From: Candidatus Heimdallarchaeota archaeon | Lineage (GTDB): Archaea; Asgardarchaeota; Heimdallarchaeia; Hodarchaeales; Hodarchaeaceae | Assembly: GCA_020353515.1 (NCBI GenBank) | Contig: CP070695.1 | Span: 3,582,177-3,646,176, forward strand | Direction of reading: 5' to 3' | DNA: 64,000 nt | Shown here: in pieces, positions 40,673 to 49,696 of the stretch | Position numbering within the stretch: position 1 is the stretch's first letter | Layout of the letters: every line of letters begins with the position of its first letter | The notes under the pieces: model-generated | What the model saw: only the letters and a program-made list of their open reading frames with translations | Database searches by the model: none | What the model was told of the DNA's origin: nothing | Position numbers and translations under genes: made by a program

Positions 40673-41503
40673 ATGATTAAGATGAATTACCAAAAGGTAA
40701 CGGAACATACTTTAGCGGTTACCTCAGAAGATTTTATAGCAGGGGCAATTGCGTTAAATAACTTCATAATAATCATTGATTCTACATTATTCCCTTATAC
40801 GGGTAAAATAATGCGTAATTACATTGAAAAATTTTTTAGATTGCCAGTAAGGTTCCTTTATTTGACCCATTATCATGGGGATCATTTATGGGGTATTAGT
40901 GCATTTAATGGTGTTGAAATCTTAGCATCAGATCAACTTATTGAGAATGTTGCAAATGAAAAACCAATTCAATCAGCAAGATTTGAAGAATGGAAAAAAA
41001 AAGATCCCGAAAAGACGAAATTAATAGATGCTATCGATACTACTTTTTCAGTTAATATTACTTTTACAAATTTGATGAAAATTCATGATGAGGACATCTT
41101 TGTAGAACTCAAACATTGTGGAGGGCATACCTCGTGTTCTTCATATGCCTATTTTCCACAAGAAAGAGTATTAGTCGCAGGAGATCTAATTTTTGCCAAG
41201 GAATGGCCATGGGCTGGTGATCCAACCTGTAACCCTAATGACTGGATTAATGGATTTGAAGAAATAATGAAGCTAGACATTGAATTTGTGATCCCTGGAC
41301 ATGGACCTATAGTAACTAAGGATGAAGTGGAGGTACATTTGAATTTCTTCAAAAGTTTAAGAGAGGAAGCGAATATTGCTCATAAAAATGGGGAAGAAAT
41401 GAGAATTCCTCCTTTTTATGACGATACTACACCTGGAGAGTGGGTGAAAAACGAGACTCTCAAATTTATATACAAATTCTACAGAAATCAATTCTTAGAA
41501 TAA
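40673..41503 (+). CDS. Metallo-beta-lactamase fold hydrolase
   Basis: THYHGDH, GGHT, AGDL, PGHG. Confidence 0.9.
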   Translation: MIKMNYQKVTEHTLAVTSEDFIAGAIALNNFIIIIDSTLFPYTGKIMRNYIEKFFRLPVRFLYLTHYHGDHLWGISAFNGVEILASDQLIENVANEKPIQSARFEEWKKKDPEKTKLIDAIDTTFSVNITFTNLMKIHDEDIFVELKHCGGHTSCSSYAYFPQERVLVAGDLIFAKEWPWAGDPTCNPNDWINGFEEIMKLDIEFVIPGHGPIVTKDEVEVHLNFFKSLREEANIAHKNGEEMRIPPFYDDTTPGEWVKNETLKFIYKFYRNQFLE

Positions 41504-41516
41504 ATATGGATGTGTT

Positions 41517-41828
41517 TTGTTGAGTAAGGTAAAAATCACAGTGATAAAGAAATTTGAACCAAAAGAAATATTTGGACATGATATAGTTCGAAAAGACACA
41601 GGAAAACCTGTTCCACCCTGTTACTTGAATGAAGGGCAAAATTTTTTTGTAACCAGTCACCTTGAACCACCTGAAGGATTCTGTGAAAAAGCTTGGATTG
41701 ACATTTATGATATCCTAATGATTTTTTACTACGATGGGGATTACGCCTATCCTGAACCTGGAATGACATATACCCCATGCAATGATGGCATCAGGCCTGT
41801 TATATTCAAAATAGAAAAACAGGATTAA
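41517..41828 (+). CDS. TIGR04076 family protein
   Basis: KITVIK...PC...PEGFCEKAW...CNDGIRPVIFKIEK. Confidence 0.85.
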   Translation: MLSKVKITVIKKFEPKEIFGHDIVRKDTGKPVPPCYLNEGQNFFVTSHLEPPEGFCEKAWIDIYDILMIFYYDGDYAYPEPGMTYTPCNDGIRPVIFKIEKQD

Positions 41829-41958
41829 TCTTATTTGGTTAATTGCAGCTCTATAAGTCCCTATCTCGTCTCAGTGGACTTTTCCAAAAAGAAAGGAGGG
41901 AGGTAAAAAAGATAATCATATTTGGATGAAAGGAAAAAAGATCGGAATGAGTTAAAAG

Positions 41959-42276
41959 ATGACCTCCTCATTTTCCAAGAGAGTAAAAGATATTATTAAG
42001 AAGATCCCCACAGGTAAAGTTGCTACATATGGCCAGATCGCCACATACGCAGGTAATCCTCGTGCTTCACGCCAAGTGGCTTGGATTCTACATTCATCAT
42101 CGGGAAAAGATAATCTTCCGTGGCATAGAGTAATTAATAGTAAAGGACGTATTTCGTTACCTCATAATGGGGGTTATGAAATGCAAAAAGGGTTATTAGA
42201 GGAAGAAGGGATTTTATTTGACAAGAATGATAGAATCAACTTTGACCGTTATCTCTGGCAAATCTTTGAGGAGTAG
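41959..42276 (+). CDS. Alkyltransferase-like (ATL/YbaZ) protein
   Basis: IPTGKVATYGQIA; PWHRV, with Trp replacing the MGMT acceptor Cys. Confidence 0.9.
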   Translation: MTSSFSKRVKDIIKKIPTGKVATYGQIATYAGNPRASRQVAWILHSSSGKDNLPWHRVINSKGRISLPHNGGYEMQKGLLEEEGILFDKNDRINFDRYLWQIFEE

Positions 42277-42282
42277 TAGGAT

Positions 42283-42762
42283 ATGGAAACCAATAAGATC
42301 TCCTCTAAAGGTAGTGAAATAGGAATAGGTGAAATTAGTAAAGATTTCAAAGTATTAATCCCTCCTGAAGTCCGAAAAAAACTAAAATTGAAAGTGGGAG
42401 ATTGTATTACGTTTACGGAAAAAAACAGGGAGATAATCATCTCGAAAGTATTAGAAATGAGCCAGTTAGATCAATTAATCCAAGATCTAGTTACAATAGC
42501 CTTACAAGATGGTAAAATAACTACAGATGAGAAAAAATTAATTAAGTCCATATATGAAAATATTGCCACTTTTAAACAAGCCTATCGAAAAGCATGGGAA
42601 GATGAAGTGATCACTCCTGAAGAAAAAAGTCTATTAACCCATCTATGGAAAAAAATCTATGATAAACCAGCTGAAACCGTCCAGAAGGACAAAAATATAA
42701 CATTAGATGAAATGAAACTTTTGATGAGTGTCTTCAGGGCAATTCATCACCCTGAAACATAA
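42283..42762 (+). CDS. AbrB/SpoVT DNA-binding domain fused to three TerB/EF-hand-like repeats
   Basis: VLIPPEVRKKLKLKVGD; repeats ALQDGKITTDE, AWEDEVITPEE, VQKDKNITLDE. Confidence 0.75.
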   Translation: METNKISSKGSEIGIGEISKDFKVLIPPEVRKKLKLKVGDCITFTEKNREIIISKVLEMSQLDQLIQDLVTIALQDGKITTDEKKLIKSIYENIATFKQAYRKAWEDEVITPEEKSLLTHLWKKIYDKPAETVQKDKNITLDEMKLLMSVFRAIHHPET

Positions 42763-42875
42763 TGAATGGAATTTTTTCTAGAGCATAAAAATAAATACTC
42801 TAGGATGACCTAGGAAGTTATATAAAGAGAGGTGGTAGTGGAAGAAAATACAAAAAATACCGAGAATGATGGAAG

Positions 42876-44615
42876 ATGGAAGAACAGATTTGGCATAAAT
42901 ATAAATGGCCTGAAACGGTCAAGAAATCCATAGAACCTTATCCAGATGAGCCCCTTTATAAAATACTTGAAAATACAGCAACAAAAAGTGGTGATCTCCC
43001 GTATCTAAAATTTATGGGAACCACAACAACCTTCGCAGAAACAGATACCATGGCAAACCAAGTGGCAAATTACCTCATAAAGCAAGGTGTGAAAAAAGGG
43101 GATAAAATTGCTATATTTCTACCCAATACTCCTCATTATCCAATAATTTTCTTTGGGATCTTGAAAGCTGGCGCAACTGCGGTTACCTGCAATCCCACTT
43201 ATACGTCAAATGAATTAAACTATCAACTGAAGGACTCAGAAGTAGTCATGGTTTTTGCGTTTGATCATGAGAGATTCGCTCCTTCTACTTACAAAGCGAT
43301 AAAAGGAACACAAGTCAAACATGTGGTCATTTGTCAGACGAAGGATTTCCTCCCTAAATTCAAAGCAATAATTGGAGGATTACTAGGAAAAGTCCCAAAA
43401 AGCCCGTTTTATGAAGAAGAAATCACTTCTTTCTTCTCAGAAATTCTTACCTATGAAACAACAAAGCCTAATGTGGAAATAAATCCCGATGAAGACTTAG
43501 CAGTGGTAATTTATACAGGGGGCACGACAGGTTTGCCAAAAGGAGTGATGTTATCTCATAAAAATGTCTACTCTAATGTCCTCCAAGCAGACGAATATGT
43601 CAGAGTCGAGATTGAAGAAGGAAAACCACAAAAGCTTCGATACGGAGAGGAAGTATATATTGGTGCCCTACCTTGGTATCATTCATATGGATTTACAATG
43701 ACAATGATTGGTGGCGCATTCTACGCTGCTACAGTTATACCAATTCCTGATCCGAGAGCTGGAAAACCTCCCCTCTCAGTTCTACTTGAAACTATTAATG
43801 ACCATAGAGTTACTGTGTTCCATGCTGTACCCGTCTTCTACACCGCAATTGTTAATCATCCAAATGTTGAAAAGTATGATCTAACATCTATTATAGGGTG
43901 TGGTTCTGGTGCTGCTCCTTTAGCTCCTGAAATAGCCAAAGAATTTGAAAGAGTTACGAAAGGAACGATCTATGAGGCTTATGGACTATCTGAAACATCC
44001 CCCCTTACTCACTTAAATCCAACAAATAAAAGAGATCGAAAATTTGGGACAGTTGGATTAGCAGTGCCTGATACTTATGTCAAAATTGTAGACCTAGATA
44101 CTGGATTACAAGAACAACCTTTAGGGGAAGATGGCGAAATCGCCCTTTCTGGCCCCCAAGTGATGAAAGGGTACTGGAAAAAGCCTGAGGAGACAGCAGA
44201 AGTCTTTCGTGAAATTGATGGAAGAAAGTATTTCCTCACTGGCGATATCGGACACCTCGAAGAAGAAGGATTCTTAGTGATTACTGATCGTAAGAAAGAT
44301 ATGGTGATTATAGGTGGTTTGAAGGCTTATCCTCGTGAAATCGAAGATATTCTGTATGAGAATCCAAAGGTCAAGTTGGCTGCAGTAATTGGACTACCAC
44401 GAGAAGATGATCCTGGTAACGAATATGTTGCAGCTTACCTCGTTCTTAAAGAGGGGGAAACAGCAACAGAAGAAGAAATTATAGAATGGTGTCGAGATCG
44501 AATGGCGGGGTACAAACGTCCAAGAAAAGTGGAGTTTCGTGACGATTTGCCCTTAAGTACTGTAGGTAAGGTCTTACGTAGAGTGATAAAAGAAGAAGAA
44601 TTAAAAGGAAAGTAA
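42876..44615 (+). CDS. Long-chain fatty acid--CoA ligase (FadD-like)
   Basis: YTGGTTGLPKG, AYGLSETSP, GPQVMKGYW, TGDIG, DRKKD, GKVLR. Confidence 0.93.
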   Translation: MEEQIWHKYKWPETVKKSIEPYPDEPLYKILENTATKSGDLPYLKFMGTTTTFAETDTMANQVANYLIKQGVKKGDKIAIFLPNTPHYPIIFFGILKAGATAVTCNPTYTSNELNYQLKDSEVVMVFAFDHERFAPSTYKAIKGTQVKHVVICQTKDFLPKFKAIIGGLLGKVPKSPFYEEEITSFFSEILTYETTKPNVEINPDEDLAVVIYTGGTTGLPKGVMLSHKNVYSNVLQADEYVRVEIEEGKPQKLRYGEEVYIGALPWYHSYGFTMTMIGGAFYAATVIPIPDPRAGKPPLSVLLETINDHRVTVFHAVPVFYTAIVNHPNVEKYDLTSIIGCGSGAAPLAPEIAKEFERVTKGTIYEAYGLSETSPLTHLNPTNKRDRKFGTVGLAVPDTYVKIVDLDTGLQEQPLGEDGEIALSGPQVMKGYWKKPEETAEVFREIDGRKYFLTGDIGHLEEEGFLVITDRKKDMVIIGGLKAYPREIEDILYENPKVKLAAVIGLPREDDPGNEYVAAYLVLKEGETATEEEIIEWCRDRMAGYKRPRKVEFRDDLPLSTVGKVLRRVIKEEELKGK

Positions 44616-44643
44616 TCTTTCCAAATATCTTCACCCTTTTTTT
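44616..44643 (+). terminator. Archaeal pyrimidine/poly-T terminator
   Basis: TCTTTCC...CACCCTTTTTTT directly after the stop. Confidence 0.5.
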
Positions 44644-44714
44644 CTAATGAGTATCTTGGGGAGTAGAAGATTGAAGAATATCTAAATAATAGTATTTTTA
44701 CTTCTGCAGATAGA

Positions 44715-45968
44715 TTGAATGAGAATAGATATGGAGCTAAAACAATGGAGAACAGAAAATTTCTCTTATTCTTAATGGATGGTGTTGGAGACCGTCCCAT
44801 ACATGAATTAAACGAGAAAACGCCACTAGAGGCGGCTAAGACACCAACAATGGACAAATTAGCACAAATAGGGATAACAGGACACTTACATACTATTGGA
44901 CGAGGAATTACTCCTGGAAGTGATACTGCACATCTAGCTTTATTTGGTTATAATCCTTACGATGTTTACACAGGTAGAGGCCCATTTGAGGCCGCGGGAA
45001 CAGATCTCCCTGTTAAACCAGGTGATATTGCCTTTCGTACAAACATGGCTACTATTAAGGATGAGATAATTGTTGATCGAAGAGCAGGTAGAATATCCAA
45101 AGGTACGGTAGAAATTGAGGAAGCTCTTAAGAATATTACAATAGAAGATGTTGAAACAATTTTTAAACTTGGGATCGATCATCGGGCCGCGTTAGTTTTA
45201 AGAGGTCCTGGTTTAGCAAGTGATGTAACTGGAAATGATCCAAAGATTGAGAATAAAAAACCAAAATCTATTATTGGCACAAGTCCAGAGGCTGAAAAGA
45301 CTGCACGAATATTGAAACAATACATCCGTCAAGCGTCTGAGATAATGGAAACTCTAGAGATCAACCAGAAAAGGATAGATGATAACAAGCTTCCAGCTAA
45401 TTATCTGTTAGTAAGAGGAGCTGGAAAAGCTCCACACTTAGAAAGCTTTCAAACTAAATATGGCATAACAGCTGATTGTGTGGCTGGTGGAGGATTATAC
45501 AAAGGTGTTGCTTCGATTTGTGGAATGAAGATTAATAATAACCATAAAGGTACCGGGGGTGTTCCTACTGATGTACCTTCGAAAGTCAAAGCAGCAATGA
45601 AATCGTTAGAGCGATCCCAGTTTGTCTTTTTGCATGTAAAGGGAACTGATAATTTCGGTCATGATAACAAACCTATTCAGAAAATGGAGTTCATCGATGA
45701 GATAGATCGAGCAATAGAGCCTATCTTAGATTTATTACCTGAAACTCTCATCTGTATCACAGGTGATCATAGCACTCCTTGTGTAATGAAGGATCATTCC
45801 TCTGATCCATTACCAGTATTGATGGTCGGTGAAGGAGTGCGACCAGATCAAGTAACTGAATTTGGTGAACGCCCAACAATGAGAGGTGGATTAGGACATA
45901 TGTTAGGTCAAGAAGTTATTTCTACCATGCTGGGTCTTGCTGGAAGGGTTCACAAATTTGGTGCTTAA
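44715..45968 (+). CDS. apgM: 2,3-bisphosphoglycerate-independent phosphoglycerate mutase (likely start ATG 44745)
   Basis: [39 protein letters not shown]. Confidence 0.93.
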   Translation: MNENRYGAKTMENRKFLLFLMDGVGDRPIHELNEKTPLEAAKTPTMDKLAQIGITGHLHTIGRGITPGSDTAHLALFGYNPYDVYTGRGPFEAAGTDLPVKPGDIAFRTNMATIKDEIIVDRRAGRISKGTVEIEEALKNITIEDVETIFKLGIDHRAALVLRGPGLASDVTGNDPKIENKKPKSIIGTSPEAEKTARILKQYIRQASEIMETLEINQKRIDDNKLPANYLLVRGAGKAPHLESFQTKYGITADCVAGGGLYKGVASICGMKINNNHKGTGGVPTDVPSKVKAAMKSLERSQFVFLHVKGTDNFGHDNKPIQKMEFIDEIDRAIEPILDLLPETLICITGDHSTPCVMKDHSSDPLPVLMVGEGVRPDQVTEFGERPTMRGGLGHMLGQEVISTMLGLAGRVHKFGA

Positions 45969-46013
45969 GCATTACCTAAGTGTCCCATTTCCTCTTCCAT
46001 CAGGAGATTAATA

Positions 46014-46784
46014 ATGATTGAGATTAAGAAGTTAACGACTATAAAAGAATTTAAAAAAACTCTTGAGATCCAAAAAAGTGCATGGGGAGTCAGTGATGTA
46101 GAAGTCGATCCCCACTTTTTAATGACAAGAGTACAAAAGTTTGGAGGCTTACTTCAGGGACTTTTTGTTGAAGAGGAATGTGTTGGTTTTACCTATGGTA
46201 TTCTAGGAAAATGGCAGGGACACATCTTCTTCTTCTCGTACATGGCAGCAGTCATGAGGAAATACCAAGGGAGGGGATATGGATTTTTACTGAAGAAAGC
46301 TCAAAGAGAAGAAGTCATGAAAATGGGTTATAATATCATTCGTTGGAATTTTGATCCTTTGGAATCCCAAAATGCTTATTTCAACATTCACAGACTTGGA
46401 GTGATTAGCTCAGAATACGAACAGAATATTTATGGAGAGGGGGAAAGTGGACTTGACACAGGTCTCCCAACTGATCGATTACTTGTCACATGGAATTTAA
46501 CCTCTGAACGAGTGATTAAGAAGATGGAAAGAAAAGAAGAAAAGAATTTAGGGGTCATTCCCACATCAAAACTCGGTGAATTTAATGAGGAAATTGCTTA
46601 TATTGAAATTCCGAGAGATTTTCAGTCACTGAAAAAGGAAAATTTAAACCAAGCATATAACTGGAGAATGAAGACCCGTGACCAGTTTGAAGCTGCTTTT
46701 AGAATAGGTTTTGTCGTAGAAGAAATCGTTTTCTCTGAAGATCAACAAAAAATCTTCTATAAATTGATCAAGAGGGAAATGTGA
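46014..46784 (+). CDS. GNAT N-acyltransferase (COG3375-like; D-amino acid N-succinyltransferase candidate)
   Basis: GYGFLLKKAQR, WNFDPLESQNAYFN, PTDRLLVTW; 1 nt upstream of the NSAR/OSBS gene. Confidence 0.85.
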   Translation: MIEIKKLTTIKEFKKTLEIQKSAWGVSDVEVDPHFLMTRVQKFGGLLQGLFVEEECVGFTYGILGKWQGHIFFFSYMAAVMRKYQGRGYGFLLKKAQREEVMKMGYNIIRWNFDPLESQNAYFNIHRLGVISSEYEQNIYGEGESGLDTGLPTDRLLVTWNLTSERVIKKMERKEEKNLGVIPTSKLGEFNEEIAYIEIPRDFQSLKKENLNQAYNWRMKTRDQFEAAFRIGFVVEEIVFSEDQQKIFYKLIKREM

Positions 46785-46785
46785 A

Positions 46786-47910
46786 ATGAACCGTATTGAT
46801 CAAATCGACTCGATGGAATTATTTATCATCAAACTACCACTTGTAGAAGCTTTTGAAACCAGCCTCGGAGCTGAGACATACAAAGAAGCCCTTCTTTTAA
46901 AACTCAAATCTGAGGAAATAGCTGGATGGGGGGAATGTGTGGCATCTCCAGAACCTTTTTACAGTAGTGAAACTAATGAAACTGCCCTTCACATAATTCG
47001 GACGTTTTTACTTCCAGTAATTATGAAAATAAAGAATTTTTCACTTGACGAGGTTCTAAGAGCCTTCGAGAGGATTCGTGGCCATAATATGGCGAAAGCT
47101 ACTGTAGAGAATGCACTTCTTGATCTTCAAGCAAAAATGCAAGGTATCCCTCTTTATGAGCTCATTGGGGGGGAAAAAAGAGATATTATGTCAGGAATCA
47201 GTATCGGGATAAAAGAAGACACAGATGAACTTTTAGAATCTATTGGACAGGCGGTAAGGAAAAAGTATCACAGGATCAAAATTAAGATAAAAAAAGGAAA
47301 AGAACTTGAACCCTTAGCCAGAGTGAGAGAGAACTATCCAGATATCAAACTCATGGTTGATGCTAATGCTGATTATTCTATCGATGATCTTGAACTCCTT
47401 AAACAACTTGATGATTATGATCTAATGATGATCGAACAGCCCTTAGCATATGATGACATCTATTTTCATTCCATTATTCAAAAAGAGTTACAAACACCAA
47501 TTTGCCTTGATGAATCAATTGAGAGTCTCAATGATGTGAAAACAGCTATTAACTTAGGAAGTTGTCAAATTATTAATATCAAACAAGGACGAGTAGGAGG
47601 CATTTTGAGTGCAATAACTATTCAGAATTTTTGTTCAAGTAATGGCATCAAGGTCTGGTCTGGAGGTATGCTAGAAACGGGGATTGGCCGAGCCTTTAAC
47701 ATTCATTTACAAACGCTTCCTGGATTCACGTTACCTGGAGATACGTCTGAAACCTCCCGTTATTTCCAAGAGGATATTGTTGAACCTAATATTACGTTAC
47801 GTGGTGATGGCTTCATTGATATACCAGAAGGGGAAGGAATGGGGGTTCAAATTATCCCAGAAAGACTAGAACACTTCACAACCTTTTCTGAAAGGATTGA
47901 AACCAAGTAG
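46786..47910 (+). CDS. N-succinylamino acid racemase / o-succinylbenzoate synthase (enolase superfamily)
   Basis: RIKIKI, VDAN, IEQP, LDES, NIKQGRVGG, GMLETGIG, PGDTS. Confidence 0.9.
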   Translation: MNRIDQIDSMELFIIKLPLVEAFETSLGAETYKEALLLKLKSEEIAGWGECVASPEPFYSSETNETALHIIRTFLLPVIMKIKNFSLDEVLRAFERIRGHNMAKATVENALLDLQAKMQGIPLYELIGGEKRDIMSGISIGIKEDTDELLESIGQAVRKKYHRIKIKIKKGKELEPLARVRENYPDIKLMVDANADYSIDDLELLKQLDDYDLMMIEQPLAYDDIYFHSIIQKELQTPICLDESIESLNDVKTAINLGSCQIINIKQGRVGGILSAITIQNFCSSNGIKVWSGGMLETGIGRAFNIHLQTLPGFTLPGDTSETSRYFQEDIVEPNITLRGDGFIDIPEGEGMGVQIIPERLEHFTTFSERIETK

Positions 47911-47914
47911 TCGT

Positions 47915-49294
47915 CTATGTATCAAGGTATTTTATACCTGATTTACCCCATGAATCTAAGGCTTGTTCCAATTCAACGTACTGATCCTCATGGTCGTCTA
48001 AATAGTCTTCGAGATCCTCAGCTGCCTCATCCAAGTGAGTCATGCCAATATCAATCACCTGACGAAACGCCTTGGCACCTGCTCGAGTACCCTTGGGATG
48101 AGAATGAATACCCACACCAGCTCCAATCATAATATCATTGCCCAAATCCTTCATGATACGTAAAGCAATACCTGGGGTAACTCCTCCTGATGGCATAGGT
48201 AATACTGGTTTTAATGGACCAAAGGGATAACGAAGTGCTTTTGCACAGGCAAGATATTTATCTCGAATAAAGGGGGCTTTACTGTATGCACTGGGGTAGA
48301 CCAATGCATCAAGACCAGCTAACCGAGCAAGTTTCCCCATGATCAGAAAAGAAGAGATTCCAGACATTGAAGACTCATAATACACTCCAGCGAAATCCAT
48401 ATGCCCTAAAATAGGAACTTTGATACTCTCATCAGCAGCTAATTCCCGTACAACTGGAAGACCAACAGTGAGATAATTGACCATTAATCCATTAGTGCCA
48501 GAATCGATCGCTTTTTGGGCATTTTCTAAGATTTGTTGCGGACCTGCCGTTATATTAACCATATAGATCGTATCTTCACCCGTCTCCTCTTTTGCTTTGT
48601 CTCTCATTTCCATATAGGTAGTGACTCGTTCCTCTAGTGGTAAATACTTTATATCGCCAGCCGTACTTTCATCGTCCTTGATAAAATCGGCACCTCCCAT
48701 TGCTGCTTCATAAAACAAGGCTTTCCCATCATCCAAGGTGTAAGCATGATCAATATTTGTTAAGAAAGGTCGTTCTGGAACAGTTAGTTGTTTACGAATG
48801 CCTTCAATCCCAAATTTCGGTCCTTTGAATTCTGACAAAAAGCGTTGGGGGAAAATTACGTCTAAAAGTTTCACTTTGCCACCCATACTAATGTTTCCCA
48901 TGAGGGTAGTCAAAAGTAACGGAAACTGTGTATCTAATCCTTCAAGAGGATACGCCACTTGAAGAATATATTGGCGTTCTTTTATGCCATCGGGGACCCC
49001 AATTTCGTAAGGGGGTACTTCATATACTCCAATGACCTTACCAGAGAACTTTCGAAGGATATCACGGGGGTCACTATGTACAGGATAATAAGAACCAACA
49101 GTTTGCTCTTGAATAACAACCTTACCCATGTACCATGGGTCAAGAGTACTACTGAAAGCAGTATAGTAAACTCCAATCACATAATCATCATGATTGATAG
49201 ACTCTTGGCAACCCTCAGGGTAAAAACCCCACTTGCTATCCGCATAACTATCGACTTTAGGTCTTTTTACCATTTGTTGAGCCTCAAGATTCAC
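47915..49294 (-). CDS. RuBisCO-like protein (form IV, Archaeoglobus-type) lacking the K175/K177 loop; alternative start ATG 49273
   Basis: GNISMG, GPKFGIEG, DFIKDDE, GHMDFAG, PSGG, GVGIHSHP; loop reads PFLTNIDHAYT. Confidence 0.9.
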   Translation of the reverse strand: MNLEAQQMVKRPKVDSYADSKWGFYPEGCQESINHDDYVIGVYYTAFSSTLDPWYMGKVVIQEQTVGSYYPVHSDPRDILRKFSGKVIGVYEVPPYEIGVPDGIKERQYILQVAYPLEGLDTQFPLLLTTLMGNISMGGKVKLLDVIFPQRFLSEFKGPKFGIEGIRKQLTVPERPFLTNIDHAYTLDDGKALFYEAAMGGADFIKDDESTAGDIKYLPLEERVTTYMEMRDKAKEETGEDTIYMVNITAGPQQILENAQKAIDSGTNGLMVNYLTVGLPVVRELAADESIKVPILGHMDFAGVYYESSMSGISSFLIMGKLARLAGLDALVYPSAYSKAPFIRDKYLACAKALRYPFGPLKPVLPMPSGGVTPGIALRIMKDLGNDIMIGAGVGIHSHPKGTRAGAKAFRQVIDIGMTHLDEAAEDLEDYLDDHEDQYVELEQALDSWGKSGIKYLDT

Positions 49295-49357
49295 TACTAA
49301 ATGTGCTTAAATATCTATTATCGGTCTCATTCACCTCGATTTTAGAGGTGATAACCA

Positions 49358-49696
49358 ATGAAAAAACAACTTTTTGTATTATTCAATTATAGCAAAGGGA
49401 TCTTTACTCATATTCTTTTGAATGTTTTCGATTTAGCTGAAAAAGGCTATGAGGTTGGTGTCATTTTTGAGAGTGAGGCATGTAAACTAATCGTCGAATA
49501 TGAAACAAAAAATTACGACAAATTTGAAAGATTAAAGACCCAAAACTTAGTTGCTGCTGTCTGTGAAGTCTGTGCAAGAGCAATGGGTGCCTTGGAAGCT
49601 GCTGAACGTCAGGGATTACCTATTGATGGTACATTACATGGCCACCCTACATTAGAATCTTGGATAAATGATGGATTTCAAGTTATGCTGATTTAA
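49358..49696 (+). CDS. DsrE/DsrF-like protein
   Basis: VIFESEA, AVCEVCARAMG, GHPTL, GFQVM. Confidence 0.75.
   Translation: MKKQLFVLFNYSKGIFTHILLNVFDLAEKGYEVGVIFESEACKLIVEYETKNYDKFERLKTQNLVAAVCEVCARAMGALEAAERQGLPIDGTLHGHPTLESWINDGFQVMLI

Noticed and set aside
42283-42762. Toxin-antitoxin module
   Set aside because: The AbrB-like domain is not followed by a PIN, MazF or other toxin gene.
46786-47910. menC of menaquinone biosynthesis
   Set aside because: No other men genes are nearby, and coupling to the GNAT gene favours a racemase role.
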